Positions 48,370 to 62,849 of a stretch of 64,000 bases of DNA are shown here, piece after piece. Position 1 is the first letter of the stretch. Each line of letters opens with the position of its first letter. The stretch is taken from assembly GCF_964355755.1 (NCBI RefSeq), contig NC_092680.1, forward strand, positions 3,348,001 through 3,412,000, written 5' to 3'. This stretch comes from Antedon mediterranea (lineage: Eukaryota > Animalia > Echinodermata). The notes under the pieces are model-generated. The model ran no database searches, had not been told where the DNA came from, and worked only from the letters and a program-made list of their open reading frames with translations. The position numbers and the translations under genes are program-made.

Positions 48370-50483
48370 TTTTGTCAAAGTATGTTTTTTGAAAGTGAGC
48401 CCTCTATATTTGTGATACCATCTGACAATAGGCCTATTATTATGTTAAATGTACAATAACTTTAGTAGAAGTCATTGTGACTATTGTTTCAAATATTTAT
48501 GCTTCAATGGCATTATTTAAAGGTTATTAATTATTGTACTGTATATTATTAGGAATTTTTATTATTTTTTGTTAATGTTACAATTTCCTTACCTTTTACT
48601 TCTTACTGGTTCAGTTCATTTTCTTTGCATTTACTCTATGAATCTTCTTTATATTAGATTTTGACAATAATTGTTATTATTATCACAAAGCAATTTATCA
48701 AATCAAGCGTAAACATACATTTTGGTTTTGTAAATTAAAGTGTACACATCACATAAAAGATCAATCTTTCAACAAATGCAAATGTTTACAAACATTCGCA
48801 GGCTGAGCGCCTTGCTAGCGCCACCGTGTAAATACCAGATGACTGTGAGTTAATCCCGAGGCCCCTAATGTGAGATTAAACCTCCATGATGGACCAGCTA
48901 GACACGCGAAAGCTTAAATCTTACGTATCAATTAAATCGAACATGGATAATTCCCGCGAGATTGACATGATCCTGGCAATTGCTGACTGACAAACAACAA
49001 GCAGTATTCTGTTAGTCCCCAAGGTATAATAAAAAGCGTTGTTGTAGGCAATAAACAGTTTCCTATGACCACTGGCTATCACTCAATTATCATATTCTAG
49101 CCACCAGAATACAAAGGAAGCAATGATAGGTGTCATTAAACATGTTTATTATTTATTTATCATTTTGGTAAAGTAGTAATAAGAGATGAGATCTTTCTCT
49201 CAGCATTTAAAATGTTAAAAGTTAAGTAGGGAATCGCCAGTTTAAAATTTTACTATCTTGTTGTGAAATGATAATAATATGAACAATGTTTTCATATTGG
49301 TACATACCTTTTAATGCTGTTATTACCAATTATGTATTTAAAAAAACACATAGGGGTTTAGACTTATACATTTAATGATTTATATAGATATGTATAACAT
49401 TTCTATTTTTAAATTAGATAAATTTCCCAATCAAAAAATGAAAAATTGAACAAAAATATAATATATGACAAGAAATTGAAAAATTGGGTTACAAACTTAA
49501 CATTTTATTATTTGCTTTAAAGATTGTTTTGCAACGAAACCTCAATCTTTTAATGCTATCTATTACATTAAAAATATATGTGTTTTTTGTAGGGAAATAT
49601 ATGCCTTTGGTATTAAATTATTTAAAACAATGAAATTATACACAATTACAGATTTAATTGAGATTTAAACATCAGAAGGAAGTATTTAAAATTACACTTA
49701 ATTTAAACTAGCTAGTGCTAAATTCTAAACACGTTTGTCACCTGAATATTAAAGTGTAATTATTAAGGTATTCATTTTTCATTACTATATTATCATTTTC
49801 ACTAATTTTCTTATGATAATAAATTAGTCAGATATACATCATTATCTAAATACATTTGTAATCCGATATGTATTTTTAGTTTTTATTGTTCATTCAATAT
49901 CTAATCTTTGACCTTGGTATTTTATTATAATTTTCCATACAATACTTTGTTTAATTTGTTTATAGAATATTTGCTCCATTTTCAATTGATTGAAAACTTT
50001 TGCAATGACGTTTTGTCCGTTTATCTCACCTTTCTTCTGTGATCATTCATCCGCGTTAAAAAATTCTTCAAAAGTACAATGAGATTTGTTCGCATATCTT
50101 TTGTTGCTTTTATCCAGGGTTGAATGAATAAAATAAAAATATGTATGCACGAGGTGAACACCTTATCTATTGATTTTAACTAGAATTCTTTTTAATATAT
50201 TTACACATGTCATAATTAATTATATGATAATTTGTTTGTATTTGTTAAAATTAGTAGCCTATGTAGGAAAAATAAAAAACTTTATTTTTTTTCTTAAAAA
50301 CTACAAAAAAGTATAGTCTGATAGCAATTCCGATTGTCCGAAATGTGTCGGTAAATAAACTGACTAATAACAATAATTTATTGGTACACTCTTTTGTAAC
50401 AGAGGAAAACTCTTCGTAGAAGAGGTTCGACCTCATAAAAATAACTATAGTATTAACAAAGTATCACATAAACTATTTTTTAA

Positions 50484-50689
50484 GAATCGAAATAAATACA
50501 GTTAAAACAGCATTGGAAGGCATGAAAACACACAGAGAGCTTCTACCGTGAACTTAAATTACTTAATGAAACAAAAGCAAAGAAGCGAATCGAAATAAAT
50601 ACAGTTAAAACAGCATTGGAAGGCATGAAAACACACAGAGAGCTTCTACCGTGAACTTAAATTACTTAATGAAACAAAAGCAAAGAAGC
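50484..50689 (+). repeat. Exact 103-bp tandem duplication
   Basis: gaatcgaaataaatacagttaaaacagcattggaaggc...caaagaagc at 50484 and 50587. Confidence 0.92.
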
Positions 50690-52795
50690 AAATAAAATAT
50701 AAATGATAATAATATTGATGTACAGCTAGTCTTCCTTACTCTCACACATGAGATGGATTGGTTGAACATTAAAATAAAGTCAACAATAAATTGCAGTTTT
50801 AACTAAAAAAAGACAAAAAGTGTAAAATTATAAGGTTACTGAATTTGGTACTAGAAGACATTTCTAATAATCAATAATTAAATCTTAATATTTCATTTAT
50901 ATCAACATAAATTCTAAAGATATTGACATCATACTAAAATGCACTGTTGTTTTTTGTTAAATGTTGTGCTCCAAGGCTTTCTAACTATGTAAAATATAAT
51001 GTACTGCCTAATTACTACTATGATATATAGCATAGTTTGTTGGTGTTGGCGGTAAAGTTTTGTTTAAGAATGTATTTGCAGATCAGTAATTTTCTTTCTT
51101 TCCTCTTTTAGATTAAATAATGTAAAATATTTATTTCATTAAACCTTGATTGGTTGGCTGATATCATGTCCGTATACGTGTCCGCACACCCTCACCATAC
51201 TATGTGCGTGTAAACTGCATGCACACGTGTAAACTGTCATATCAACCACAAAGATAAAGTTAGTTAAACTACCTTGTAGGCTGATATTTTTCTCTGACAG
51301 CTGGTTGGGCTATTTAATATTCTATGAGAGTTCATTTCAATAATTTCTTGGGGCTAAGTTTGCCTTGGGAATCAATAAGATTTAAATGATGTTTGGCATA
51401 TTCAATACTATATTTATTATTGATTGCATCTTAATACTAGTTATGATTTTGTCATGTCTATGAATTTGATATAAATTATTTGTATCTATAGTTAAAAAGC
51501 TTTTTGTATACAGTGATTAAAAAGATGAAAATATGTGTAGAAGTTAAAATCTTTATTTATTGTTTTTGATTGCTATTCATTAAATTATGCTAATTAGGAT
51601 GCATAAATATGACTATTTTTTTTATAATTTTCCATATTATAATTACATTCGAAGAGCATCATTTTATTTGATGTTGTGATATCTTTATTTTGATACATTA
51701 TTTTTAAATTATTAAAGATGAGAATATAATATTTATATATACCGTAAGTTAAAAAACCTTGATAGATTTGATTGGAATTTTAAATTAAAATTAAATATAA
51801 GCAGAATAATAACAATAATAGAAAATTAAACCCATTAAAATATTTAAATGTGGAATTGTACATTAAAGCTGTTTGCTCTGAAAAATGTAAAAAAATAAAA
51901 ATAATTTTAAAACATTTTTTTTGGGGGGTCAAAGAATGACTAACGATTATGACCCAAATGCCACCACAGAGTTGTGTGTCAACATTATTATTTAATAAGT
52001 GTTGAATGTTGATGTAAAAATTTAGATTCCTGTATACAATTACCTCAATCTGACCAATTGAGACTGCCAACCCTGCGGTGAATGTTTTCATAATATAAGT
52101 ACTCCCCACCGGTGTTGTGCCCAGGGTCTGTCTGCGTTTGTTTCCAAACTTGGCCTGGCTAAGCAGTAAATTGGTAAACTGTTCTAAATGTAACCTCATT
52201 TGTCATTATGTTAGGCAGGTTTACCCTGATACCTAAAGCTAGGTTACATCAATACAGATGCGGTATGTTCACAATCGGTACATGCACGTAACCAATGACT
52301 TCCACCCGATAAACATTTACCTATATAACCCCTCCTGTATGTTCAGCGTTGGTCGAGGGAATACAAGAGAAACAAGCAGGGTTGACGTATTTTGTGATTA
52401 GATTTGATCAAACTGTGAACTTGCCCGGAGCTTACCGGTAGGACGACCAGAGGGTAACCAGTGGATGTTGCTTACATAATACAAGTTTATACAGCTCCTA
52501 AAAATATGCCAAATGACATACATGATTATACATGAATAAGAATTTATTGGTGTAAGCCATGAGGCATGGTATACATTCAACACCTTTAAATAGATTTCAC
52601 AAATTTTCATTTTGACAATATATTATAAATAATAATATGCTATGATTTTATAGTTTTGCTATTCCTAGTTTTTACTTAAATATACATACAGACATGGTTA
52701 TAATAAGGACACCATTAATTGCTTTTAACCTTACATTATTTTATATAAAGAGTTTGCCCATACCTTCCCCCACTTTTTAGTATTTTGTTTACTGT

Positions 52796-53107
52796 AGGTC
52801 CCTAGATATTTTGGGTCGCATTAGATCTTTGATCCCTGGATACCGGGGTCCTAGATTCTTGGGTCTCTGGATCCTTGGTCCCTAGATTCATGGGTCCCTA
52901 GATTTTTGGGTTCCTATTTATAAGGTCCCTGAGTATTGAGTTCCTAGATTGTTGGTCCCTAGATTCTTGGGTCCCTAGATCTTGGGTCCCTGGATACTGG
53001 GTTCCTAGATTGGGTTCCTAGATTTTGGGTCCCTGGATTCTGAGTTCCTAGATTTTGGGTATTTGATAATGGGTTCCAGGATTCTTGGGTCCCTGGATCC
53101 CCCTGGT
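52796..53107. repeat. ~15-16-bp minisatellite (GGGTCCCTAGATTCTT)
   Basis: About 20 degenerate gggtccctagattctt / gggttcctagatttt units. Confidence 0.9.
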
Positions 53108-56100
53108 CCATCCATGCACCTCTTCTTTATTACAAATGTCTGCTTTTCAATGTTTTACTAGTAATATTAAAATAGTAATATAACTATAACAAATCTTTGC
53201 CTTTCAAATTCAATTCAACATCATGCCTATTTTTTTTATATGATTAAATAATCAATCTTATATTTTCTATTTAAGTTGAAAATGTCATTTATCAAAAATG
53301 AGTACTTGAATATCCTCCAATATTTACGTTTTACAAGATGAATACCCCGCGATATTTCATTACAAACGAGAGGAAGCGCGCAAACATGCACAAAACTCAG
53401 GCACGCATCGGGAATTAATAAATTTTGTTTTTTTTTTACTTGAAAGCCAGATCCAGTGATAATTTATTACTTCAACCTTTTAGAAATTGAATTGATTTAG
53501 TTTAGTTCGGGGCACGGTGGAATTTGGTCGTTTAATAATGTATGCGTTGGCATCACGGAAGCATGCGGTTTACGAAAGAACGGATGAATGGAGGAAATAC
53601 CGCACAGGAAATGTCTAGAAAGATGAGAGAGCTAATTGGTTAGACTTTGTAACTAACATCAAATAATGTAAGCACTAACACTAAATCATTAATTAAACAT
53701 TTTATGGGCAACATGCCTCAAATGTCACAATCTTTGGTTCAAATCTTTTAATTTCTTGTTAGTGACAATTTGTAAGGTAGGTTAAATCCTTGAAAAAGTA
53801 CCAATTCCTTTTCAAATGTGTCGTGGTTACAAGTTAAAAATATAATTTAGTCAAAAACAAAGCATTGAAATCGAAATACAGTACAACAGTAATTTGGAAT
53901 GATTGCTGAATCTGTCTATTCTCACTGCTGGTTATTTATTATTGATTCTTTCTTAGAGAATAGTTTTTATAAATTACTTTGCATATAAAGTAAAAAACAA
54001 TTACTTCTCACTTGGCATAATTTTAAATTAGTATAGCTTGCGGAAACATATCAATTAGTTTTATAACACCATCCTACAATGGTTTTGTTTTGATTGTCTT
54101 ATTTTGTTCCTATCCCCCTGGTGTTGCCATGAATAATAACAAACGACGGATGTATTTTTAATGGAGATCATTGTAAATAAAACGCCTACTCAAATTGACC
54201 GTGTAAATGTGATGTTGTTACGCAGAGAGGAAAGGCTTGTCGCTAATGGAGTGTCATATACGAACAAATGTCGTCTTTCTCACACATTACAAGTATCTCA
54301 CGATTGATGCAGAGTAACTGATAGGCTAGTATTTAATGGAGAACATTTTAGTGTTATTACCGTACTATTGGCTGGTAGTACTTGTTAATTACAATACCAG
54401 CTGTGTTGATTCTCATGCTTTGCTCAGTGGTTGTGAACTCTTATTTGTTTCTGTGTTTCTGATGATGACGGCGACGTAATAAATGTTGAAATACTAATCA
54501 ACCATTTGTCATTCAAAGTTATTCTTTGTATAAACACACTACTATGATTCAAATGTCTTGAAATTTTTTTGAAATCTTGAAAGATTTATTTTTACACTAG
54601 ATTAGGTGCGTCACATTTTTAGTTTCATTGTAATTCTTAAATTTTGTCTTTTTTTGTAAATCAGGAAGTTATAAAAATTTGTAAAAGTTTATTCAATAAT
54701 TTGTTTGTGTGTTTGCTTTCCAATCCAATGCAAGTTAAATATCTACTTCCAAGAGTGTTGTCGGCCCATTGGTCTAGCTGCAAGTTTATTATAATCACAT
54801 ACTGTATATTGATATTTTATATCATGGAAGAGTTGTTAGTGAGCTTTGGTCAATTGATTATATTTATTGCTATTTGAGATTAAAACAAAGATAATAGCCA
54901 TACTAAAACATTATTATACATTGTACTTGTAGTATTTTACATTATAAATCATATTGTTTGTTTTGAAATACTCTGTTATGTTTTAAATTAATATCATGAA
55001 TGACTTAACTACTCATGTTTACTTATTTTATAATTAACACATACTTTGTTAATCACATCATGAAATACACAACTCAACTTGATAATCTTTACACCCTCGC
55101 TGCTTTCTGATTGGCCATTTATTTCAGATAGGATGCGACGGTAAAATCATATGTTTTTGTCATGAAGTGTTTTAATAATGTTACTACTCATTGAAAAAAG
55201 AACCAAAAAGTGAAGTGATTTTCGGTAATTTGAGCAGTTCCATTAGAGTCTGGTAATAAATCGCTGCGATAGCTGAATCTCCAGAGAGCCTTCTGACGGC
55301 TGAATTATCCGCTCTGTAGGATCTAAGTCAGGCACGCGTCTAATGCATTACCAACGGTCTTTACTGCAATTATTTCACATAAGCACAAATAAATCTCTCT
55401 TGTCCTTATGCTTAGTCATAGCGAATAATGCATAGAACTGTGTATTAATCATTGCATGGCTGCAGGCGCCAACTACACATAAGAGCTAGTCCATTAGCCG
55501 AACGCGGAGAAGTACTCGTTCTGTAAAACGAGCGATGTATTCCCTGTACGCAAACGTAGATTAACGACTCCATCAGGTGTACGACTCGATGTCAGCATTT
55601 ATAGATCGTGCATATGATATTTTCAAACAGTCACTATCGTCATGGTAATGGCGTTAAAACATGCGCATTCGACAGCCCGGGTCTCGGTTGTCTCGTTGTT
55701 TAAATATCTTGCCGCCTTTCTACCGTAACAGCTTCCTGTGTGGGTTAAATCGCAGCGTATTGTCACCTCGAGGCATTCAGGATGCAAGTTAAATATTTCA
55801 CCCCTTGGTTTTTTTTTATATACCCTGGGAGATGCTTTCTCGTGTCATTTACGAGATTGATGTGATAGTGTGCAGTGATGCGGATAAACCATTGGAACCA
55901 ATCAGAATCTCATCAAACACTTTAAACGATTTATACTATTCAAATTACAAAGAGATTTACATTAGGAAATGTATTGATAGGATTACACCATTACAGCCAA
56001 TACAAATAAAAATCAAATTTTATTGACTTTGTGGTTTAGTTGATTATTAAATCATTAGGTTCGGTGTTTATTATTAGAATAATAATGTTAGTGACAAAGA

Positions 56101-59100
56101 TAAACATAGAAAAATACATAACAAAGGAATTACTGTGAGATAATAAAATTTAATTTTTATTAGTTATTAAATTATTAAAAATAAATAGTAAATAGCCATT
56201 ACAAATTTACAAACTATTCAATTTTTATTATTATTATTATTGTTTATTAAATTACTAGTTTATAGCTTATTTATTTGCTTCTCTAAATCTAAAATAGAAG
56301 AAAATATAAATATATACCGTAATTAAATATATATAATAAAATAAATAATTTTTTTTATTAATCTTCATTTTTCATGTTTTTAGGGGACAATACCTCTTTA
56401 AGTAATTTCATGCTTTTAGCGATTCCATATTTTCATGTTAATTTTTAAATCTTTTTAAAATTTATTGACAATTATTTTAAACAAGTAATACTGTTTAGGT
56501 ACCATATGAGCTAAATATCTTATTAATAATTGCCTTGGGTTAGTTAAGATATAAAGACATTTACTTTGTATGTATGTACTGTACATGACTTGCACCAAAC
56601 ATTATAGACATTAATTATACATTTTCACAACATGATTAATTGATAATAACAGTGTGCTGTCTCATTACCTTTGATAATCAACCAAATTCCGTGAATAAAA
56701 GCACTATATATACCCAAAAGCTTTTTAATACCAATAATAATTAATATTTATCTTTGTATATTTTTTTCAAAATATCGAAGGCTTTAAAACCACACCACAA
56801 TTTACATTATCATTGTAAAAAAAAGAACAGAAATGCTTAAAAAATCACATTGTCAACTCTTTATTCTAATTGTGTATTAATCTATTATTTGTAATGTCTT
56901 TTAACATTTTTAAACATAAAAAAACATGTTTTTTCTGGGTTTTTTTATGTACTACTTTAATGAAGAACTTATACAATCCTATTTCTTTAGTATATTGCTT
57001 GTACAGTAATCATTTTCTTTTATTTTTTCTTGTATTGTGTTATTGAAATTGATGTTTCAATGAATGAATAAATGAATAAATCACAAAATTTCATAAATAA
57101 AAAGAAGGTATTAAATAGACATGCAACATATAAAATAATCATAACCATCATAATGTTATTTGTAGAGGTATAACAACAGTGTTTATGTGTTTACAAACAT
57201 TAATTAAAAAAGAGAATTGGTTAGTTTTAGACTTATACTCAATGTGTGTAGAGGAAGGAATGTAATATTATTTTGAAATATGTATTAAAAGTTATGATTA
57301 TTATGATTGTTGGAATTCTATTATGATGCGAGTGATCCGCTCTTGCTTCAGGCTCCAAATCAGTGAATAAAATATGGCATTTATTTAACCACACTTTATG
57401 AACCAAACCCACATACAAATATGTTTTTCGCTGTTCAAATATGAAATTCATATTTTTAAATCGTGTATGTGCGTAATTTTAAATCATTGTGTATTTCCAT
57501 AAGCGCAGTACTGTTTTGTTTTACCTTTCAAATTTTATTTATTCAACAATGGATTCAAAAATATAAAATTTGTATTGCTGTTTGTGTATGTACATAATCG
57601 TGAATGAATATTTTATATCTCTTTGTTTTACCGAGTAATACCATTTATTCTCTTTCTGATTTTATTTCTTCAACCACGGAAAAATATTAATACATTTGTT
57701 TTTTTCTGTTGAAAGTTTGAAATCTGTCTTTTAATATTTCAAAATTAATTTTGACTTGAGTGTATTTTTTTTTAATGTAGTACAACACAATATTATTTTA
57801 CAAATAAAAGATGTAACATTAATTTTATTATGTTTTTAACATTTGTATTTTTAGCGATAACATTTTTATCTTTTTAAATAACTTGAAAGTCAAATTTCCA
57901 ATATGGACTGAAATCTTGAATCTTTTGTATCTTGAATCGTAATCTTTTTTTCTTGAATCATATAAATATTTTATTTAAATTGTGTTTCTTTACAAGTTAA
58001 CTTGTTTCTTTCCAATTTTATTTCTTCAACCATGGAAAAATATGAATAAGCTGGTTTTTTTTCTTTTGAAAAAGTTAAAAAGTTAAATTGTTATTCTTAG
58101 TCATGTACTCAATTTGTAATGGCAGTTTGTTATTTATTTGTTTTACAGCCTGTACTCTTATATGTTACCTTTCCCATTCTATTCCTTTAACAATACAAGA
58201 TCTATTAATCATTTGTAAATGCTTTTTCCATTTCAATTCCACAACTTCACTCTTAACAGTTTATAAATCATGATTTCTACACATTGACTTTTAAAATATT
58301 CTTGAAGAATTTTTTTATTATTTTTGTTTAAAATTTTGCAACCATTTTTATCCTGTTAAATTTATATTACTTTGATTTCTTTTAAATATTTTGAATTATA
58401 CATCAAACAAATAATAAATATATTTATTTATATTTAGTCTAAATTTAAACATTCTAAAATCTTTACATTTTACAAAAATAAAATTAGATATTTTAAAAAC
58501 TGTTTATTTTGATATTAAATAGTTTCAATATTGATAATTAAGTTTGGCATAAAATTCAGACCTTACATTTAAAGTTCAATAACTTTTAAGGCACAGAATT
58601 ACTAGCGCTTGAGGTATGTTGCATCAATGTAGCATGCTTTTATATAAAAAAAATGCCTGGCAATGGCATACGATAGTAGTAGTTTACTGATAGTAAGAAC
58701 CACAACTCACATTTTTTTTCTTCTATCTCTGAAACTACAACAGTCATAGCTCGAGGTGTACTACTGCAAAATACTATTGTTAGATTTTAAAATTAATATA
58801 TTTGTGTTATTGTCAAATGAAAACGGAATAATGAACACAGATAATTTTAATAGTGTTTGTTGTATTCACCGCTATCTCGTTTGCCAATTCTTTATTACAT
58901 TGTTGCCCCGGGGAAATCTCCCATGGGACAGGCAAACAAGGCTTCTAAACTACTGTTCTGCCTCAAATGCAAATCTCTCAGCCTAGTTTGAAAACAATTT
59001 TTATTAATAATATATTTATTTTATGGTAATATGGCAATTTCATTTTTGAAAGACAGGAAGTGAAAAATGTTATTGTATTATTAAAATGTAAAGATTTTAT

Positions 59101-59945
59101 AAATTTGTAGAATGTTTGATTTTAGACTAAATATACAGATATTGGAAACATTCATTTACTAATCTAAATATTTGTTTAAAAAATTTAAATAGACTTTACT
59201 CAATAACATTTTCTATTAATACATATTTGAAATTTAAAACTTACATTACACAACATCCATTAAACATAACGTTTAGTTTTATTATAATTTCTTGAATTCT
59301 TTTTATCTTTTTTTTTCAATTTATGTTCGTTTCAATGTTGTCCTTTTTTTTTAAAATCACTGCTTTGTTATTGGAATTTTGTTATACAAAATAATTTGAT
59401 ATTAACTTGTTAAATATCAAAGTTATCTTACCGAGCAATATTTTTTTTTGCTGTCTCCATCAGCTTTGATTTTAATTGGTAAATCAAACAAAAATTATAT
59501 AAACTTAGAGTATTTTCTAGTTTTTCTATGAAAAAAAATGCTTTTAGTAATATTTCTATATCAAAGAATATATTAAAAATACAAATTTGACTGAATTCTA
59601 ATAGAAATATGATAAATACTGAAACAAAATATAGACACAAGGCACAACAAACCATACCTTAATATACACAGATATGATATTGTAGCAGAAAACTAATGTA
59701 TTGGTGACAGTGATATTGATATTAGACGATATAGTTTTATATTTTACATATATTTGTATCATGTGTCATAAAGCATGGTAAATATTTGTAAGGAAAGACA
59801 CCACCCCAGGCGGTTATTACCCGGCCACTGGACTACGGGGCGGTTTTCAAACGTAGTTCAAAATCTTCCCAGTAAAATTTCTTTTATTTTGATACCCCAT
59901 GTGTATGGATGCGTGTACGGACAAATTTACAAACGTTCTCTATAA

Positions 59946-60072
59946 AACTCTGTCTACATTATCAGACTTTATGCGACAAAAAATGTAATGTGCCCATATA
60001 TGGACATGATGATGTCATATCACTACCATATTTGGGCATATCACTACCATATTTAGGCACATCGCATTTTTT
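59946..60072. mobile_element. Harbinger-like MITE family A, truncated copy
   Basis: actctgtctacattatcagact...gtgcccatatatggacatgatgatgtcatatcactaccatatttgggca. Confidence 0.8.
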
Positions 60073-61580
60073 TCTTTATATATTCAGGTGTAAAAACCTT
60101 AAGTTTTGTATTATGTTTTGATTGCCTACACATAATAATTATATTAATAATAAAATAGATTAGATATTGATAATTTGTATTCATCAATATATAAGTACAA
60201 GATAATATAAAACGTTAAAATGTTAAATACAAATAAAATAATGTATTAAAAAGTTCTCTTGAAGTTTGCATTACAAATATGATTTGCACACATTTAAAGC
60301 TAAATACAACCGGCCTTAAAAACAAAAATAAAATAAAATCAATGACATTTTGTTTTGAAATTTACACCACCATAAAATTTAACTACTTCTCTTTGAATAT
60401 TTGTTTACTTTTTGAATTTTTTTACATTAATAAATGTTGATATTTAATGGTCACTTTGACATTTCTATCAACATTATATAACATTAATCCTTAGATAACT
60501 TAATTGCGGTCTTGTTACGACTGTAGTCATGCTATTTTACTTATCTACTGCCCTCTAGCTGTCACTATAACAAGCAATGTTGGTTCCCTTTATGCAGCAG
60601 TTTAGAATTACTGTTATTTCAGTTTCTTTATTCAGTAATGAAGGATTCAAAACATTTTATTATTATTTATGGTATTTAGAGCAATGTATTGCTCTATGTT
60701 TCTATAGAATATATTATATAATTAAAGAGTATAAAATGTTGATGGATTTGCGATCATTTGGTGAATTTGTCTGTACTTTTAGTTGTTCATTTAGTTTAGA
60801 AAAAATTGCAAAAAAAAAAATGATTTTTGTGAATTAATACTTCTGCTTTTTTTTAGCCATTAAAGTAAAAGTTATCAACAACAAATACAGAACTTCTGTA
60901 TACGCAAACAATCAAGATATTAATTTTTCCTAAAATTGTTTTTACCACATTAGAATTTATTGACTTTTAGTTTAAAAATTTGTATTCAATTTTCATTAAT
61001 CAAAACATTGAAATTCAAATTTTACTGAATAACAATTATTCATTCTTATTAAATCTTACTGTTATTTTTATAATAAATTACTAAATAGTTTCAAATAGTT
61101 GTTAAAACAGAGTAATTTTTCTTTGTTTTGCATGTAAAATTTCTTCATAGACCAAATTTGTGTTTGACTTCAACAAACTTAAGTTCAAAAAGTGATCTTT
61201 CTTTAGAAACCTATATAATCATCAATGTATGTAATTATTTTGTCTCGTTTTTATATATCATATGCTAATTATGCATATTATATGCTAATTTAATTCACTA
61301 TATATAGATAACATCCTAGGATACAATTTGTCACAGATAAGTAGCACTTAGCGCACGGATCAGGTCATTTATTTAAATCGCAGGTATGCGTTGGTATGGT
61401 AACAAGATTTAAATTAATTATTTATGAGATTTTACTGGCGACAAAGGTGGCAAAAGTCTAGAATGATGAAAGATAATTATCCTTTAGACTTACTAAGAAT
61501 AGATATAATAAAGATTTAAAATATGTTAAAATAACATATGTAAAGATTTATAATTTGTAAAATAAAACAAGTTAAATATT

Positions 61581-61652
61581 AGCTGTAGATTGGTGGTTAG
61601 CAAGCTTTCCTTCCAATTTTAAGGTCATGGGTTCGAGCCGACTTAGTGGCAG
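61581..61652 (+). mobile_element. tRNA(Gly-TCC)-like SINE head
   Basis: tggtggttagcaagctttccttccaa...gggttcgagcc; similar decayed heads at about 35020 and 39871. Confidence 0.5.
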
Positions 61653-61694
61653 AGGTGTATACTTGCTATTGTTTCTACTAAATGAGACACGATC

Positions 61695-62014
61695 AAGTTT
61701 ATTTATCCTGTCATAGGTCAGCTGTTAGATGTGAATAAAATAAAATAAAATTGTAATATTTCAAAAAAGTTAAATAGTGAAAATTGATATACTTTGAATG
61801 GACGATAAGTAGCAAATAAGAGATCGACAAATGACTTAATAATAAATATTACCATATGATAAAGTTTATCTATCCTGTCATAGGTCAGTTTCTAGCTGTT
61901 AGATGTGAAAGAAATAATTTTTAAAATAATGATAACAATATTTCGAAAAAGTTAAATAGTGAAAATTGATATACTTTGAATGGACAATAAGTAGCAAATA
62001 AGAGATCGACAAAT
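61695..62014 (+). repeat. Imperfect ~167-bp tandem duplication
   Basis: aagtttatYtatcctgtcataggtcag...agatcgacaaat at 61695 and 61862. Confidence 0.85.
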
Positions 62015-62849
62015 AAATAAATATTAGTGTACAAAAAAATAAAAAGATAAAGTCATCCAACTTAGTAAAAGCACAACCAAGATGATGTGAACATCACCGA
62101 ATGTTGTCAAGTAAAAATTTGACTGTACATCTTGGAAATCTAAAAAGCCGCAAAAGCTTTGCACTAATAATGGATGCACCAATTTCTAAGAACATTTCCA
62201 TTAGCGTATTTCTTTAAGTGATATTGTATACTTTGAGATTAACTGTTGCCTCCTCTGTTTTAATATCCATATATCCGCCTACTCCACTTGTTTGTTCATT
62301 AGTTTATTTACAACTTATTATTAACTTGTGAGAATGCTTGTTGACTTTTTTAAATAAAAATGTTTTACTAAATACGAGTTATTTATGATGATAATATGTA
62401 TTGGTGTAATGCGTTTTTATTTTTTGAAAGTCAATGTCCATTTAATCTGGCTAGATATAACTTTAGAACAATATGCAGATTTAGTTGTCATTATTTTTAT
62501 TAGGTGATAATACAGTTTTTATTATCTAATTTTTATGACGTAATACATCTTCATTGATTTGAGAAGTATAACAATCATTATTATTAAATCTTTATTAACA
62601 AATGCAAAATAATAATTTATTTGAAAATAACATGAATTGAAAATCCCTTTAAGCTACTGTACAATTGCCATAAAATATTATTCTAAAAAACTTTAAAAAC
62701 ATAAGATTTAAAAAATGATTCACGTGACCAATTCAACATAATTAACAATTAAATTTTAAAATTGATTATTTTCTTTCTTTACAATAGAGGTTTAGATGCT
62801 ATAAAAATGGGATGCTGCCCTCGTGAGATCAAAAGATCAATTTAATTAA

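Noticed and set aside
57890-57930. KFPIWTEIL stretch as a candidate last SCAPER exon
   Set aside because: Poor match to the conserved RFP...W...FF terminus and no convincing acceptor. The last exon is probably outside the window.
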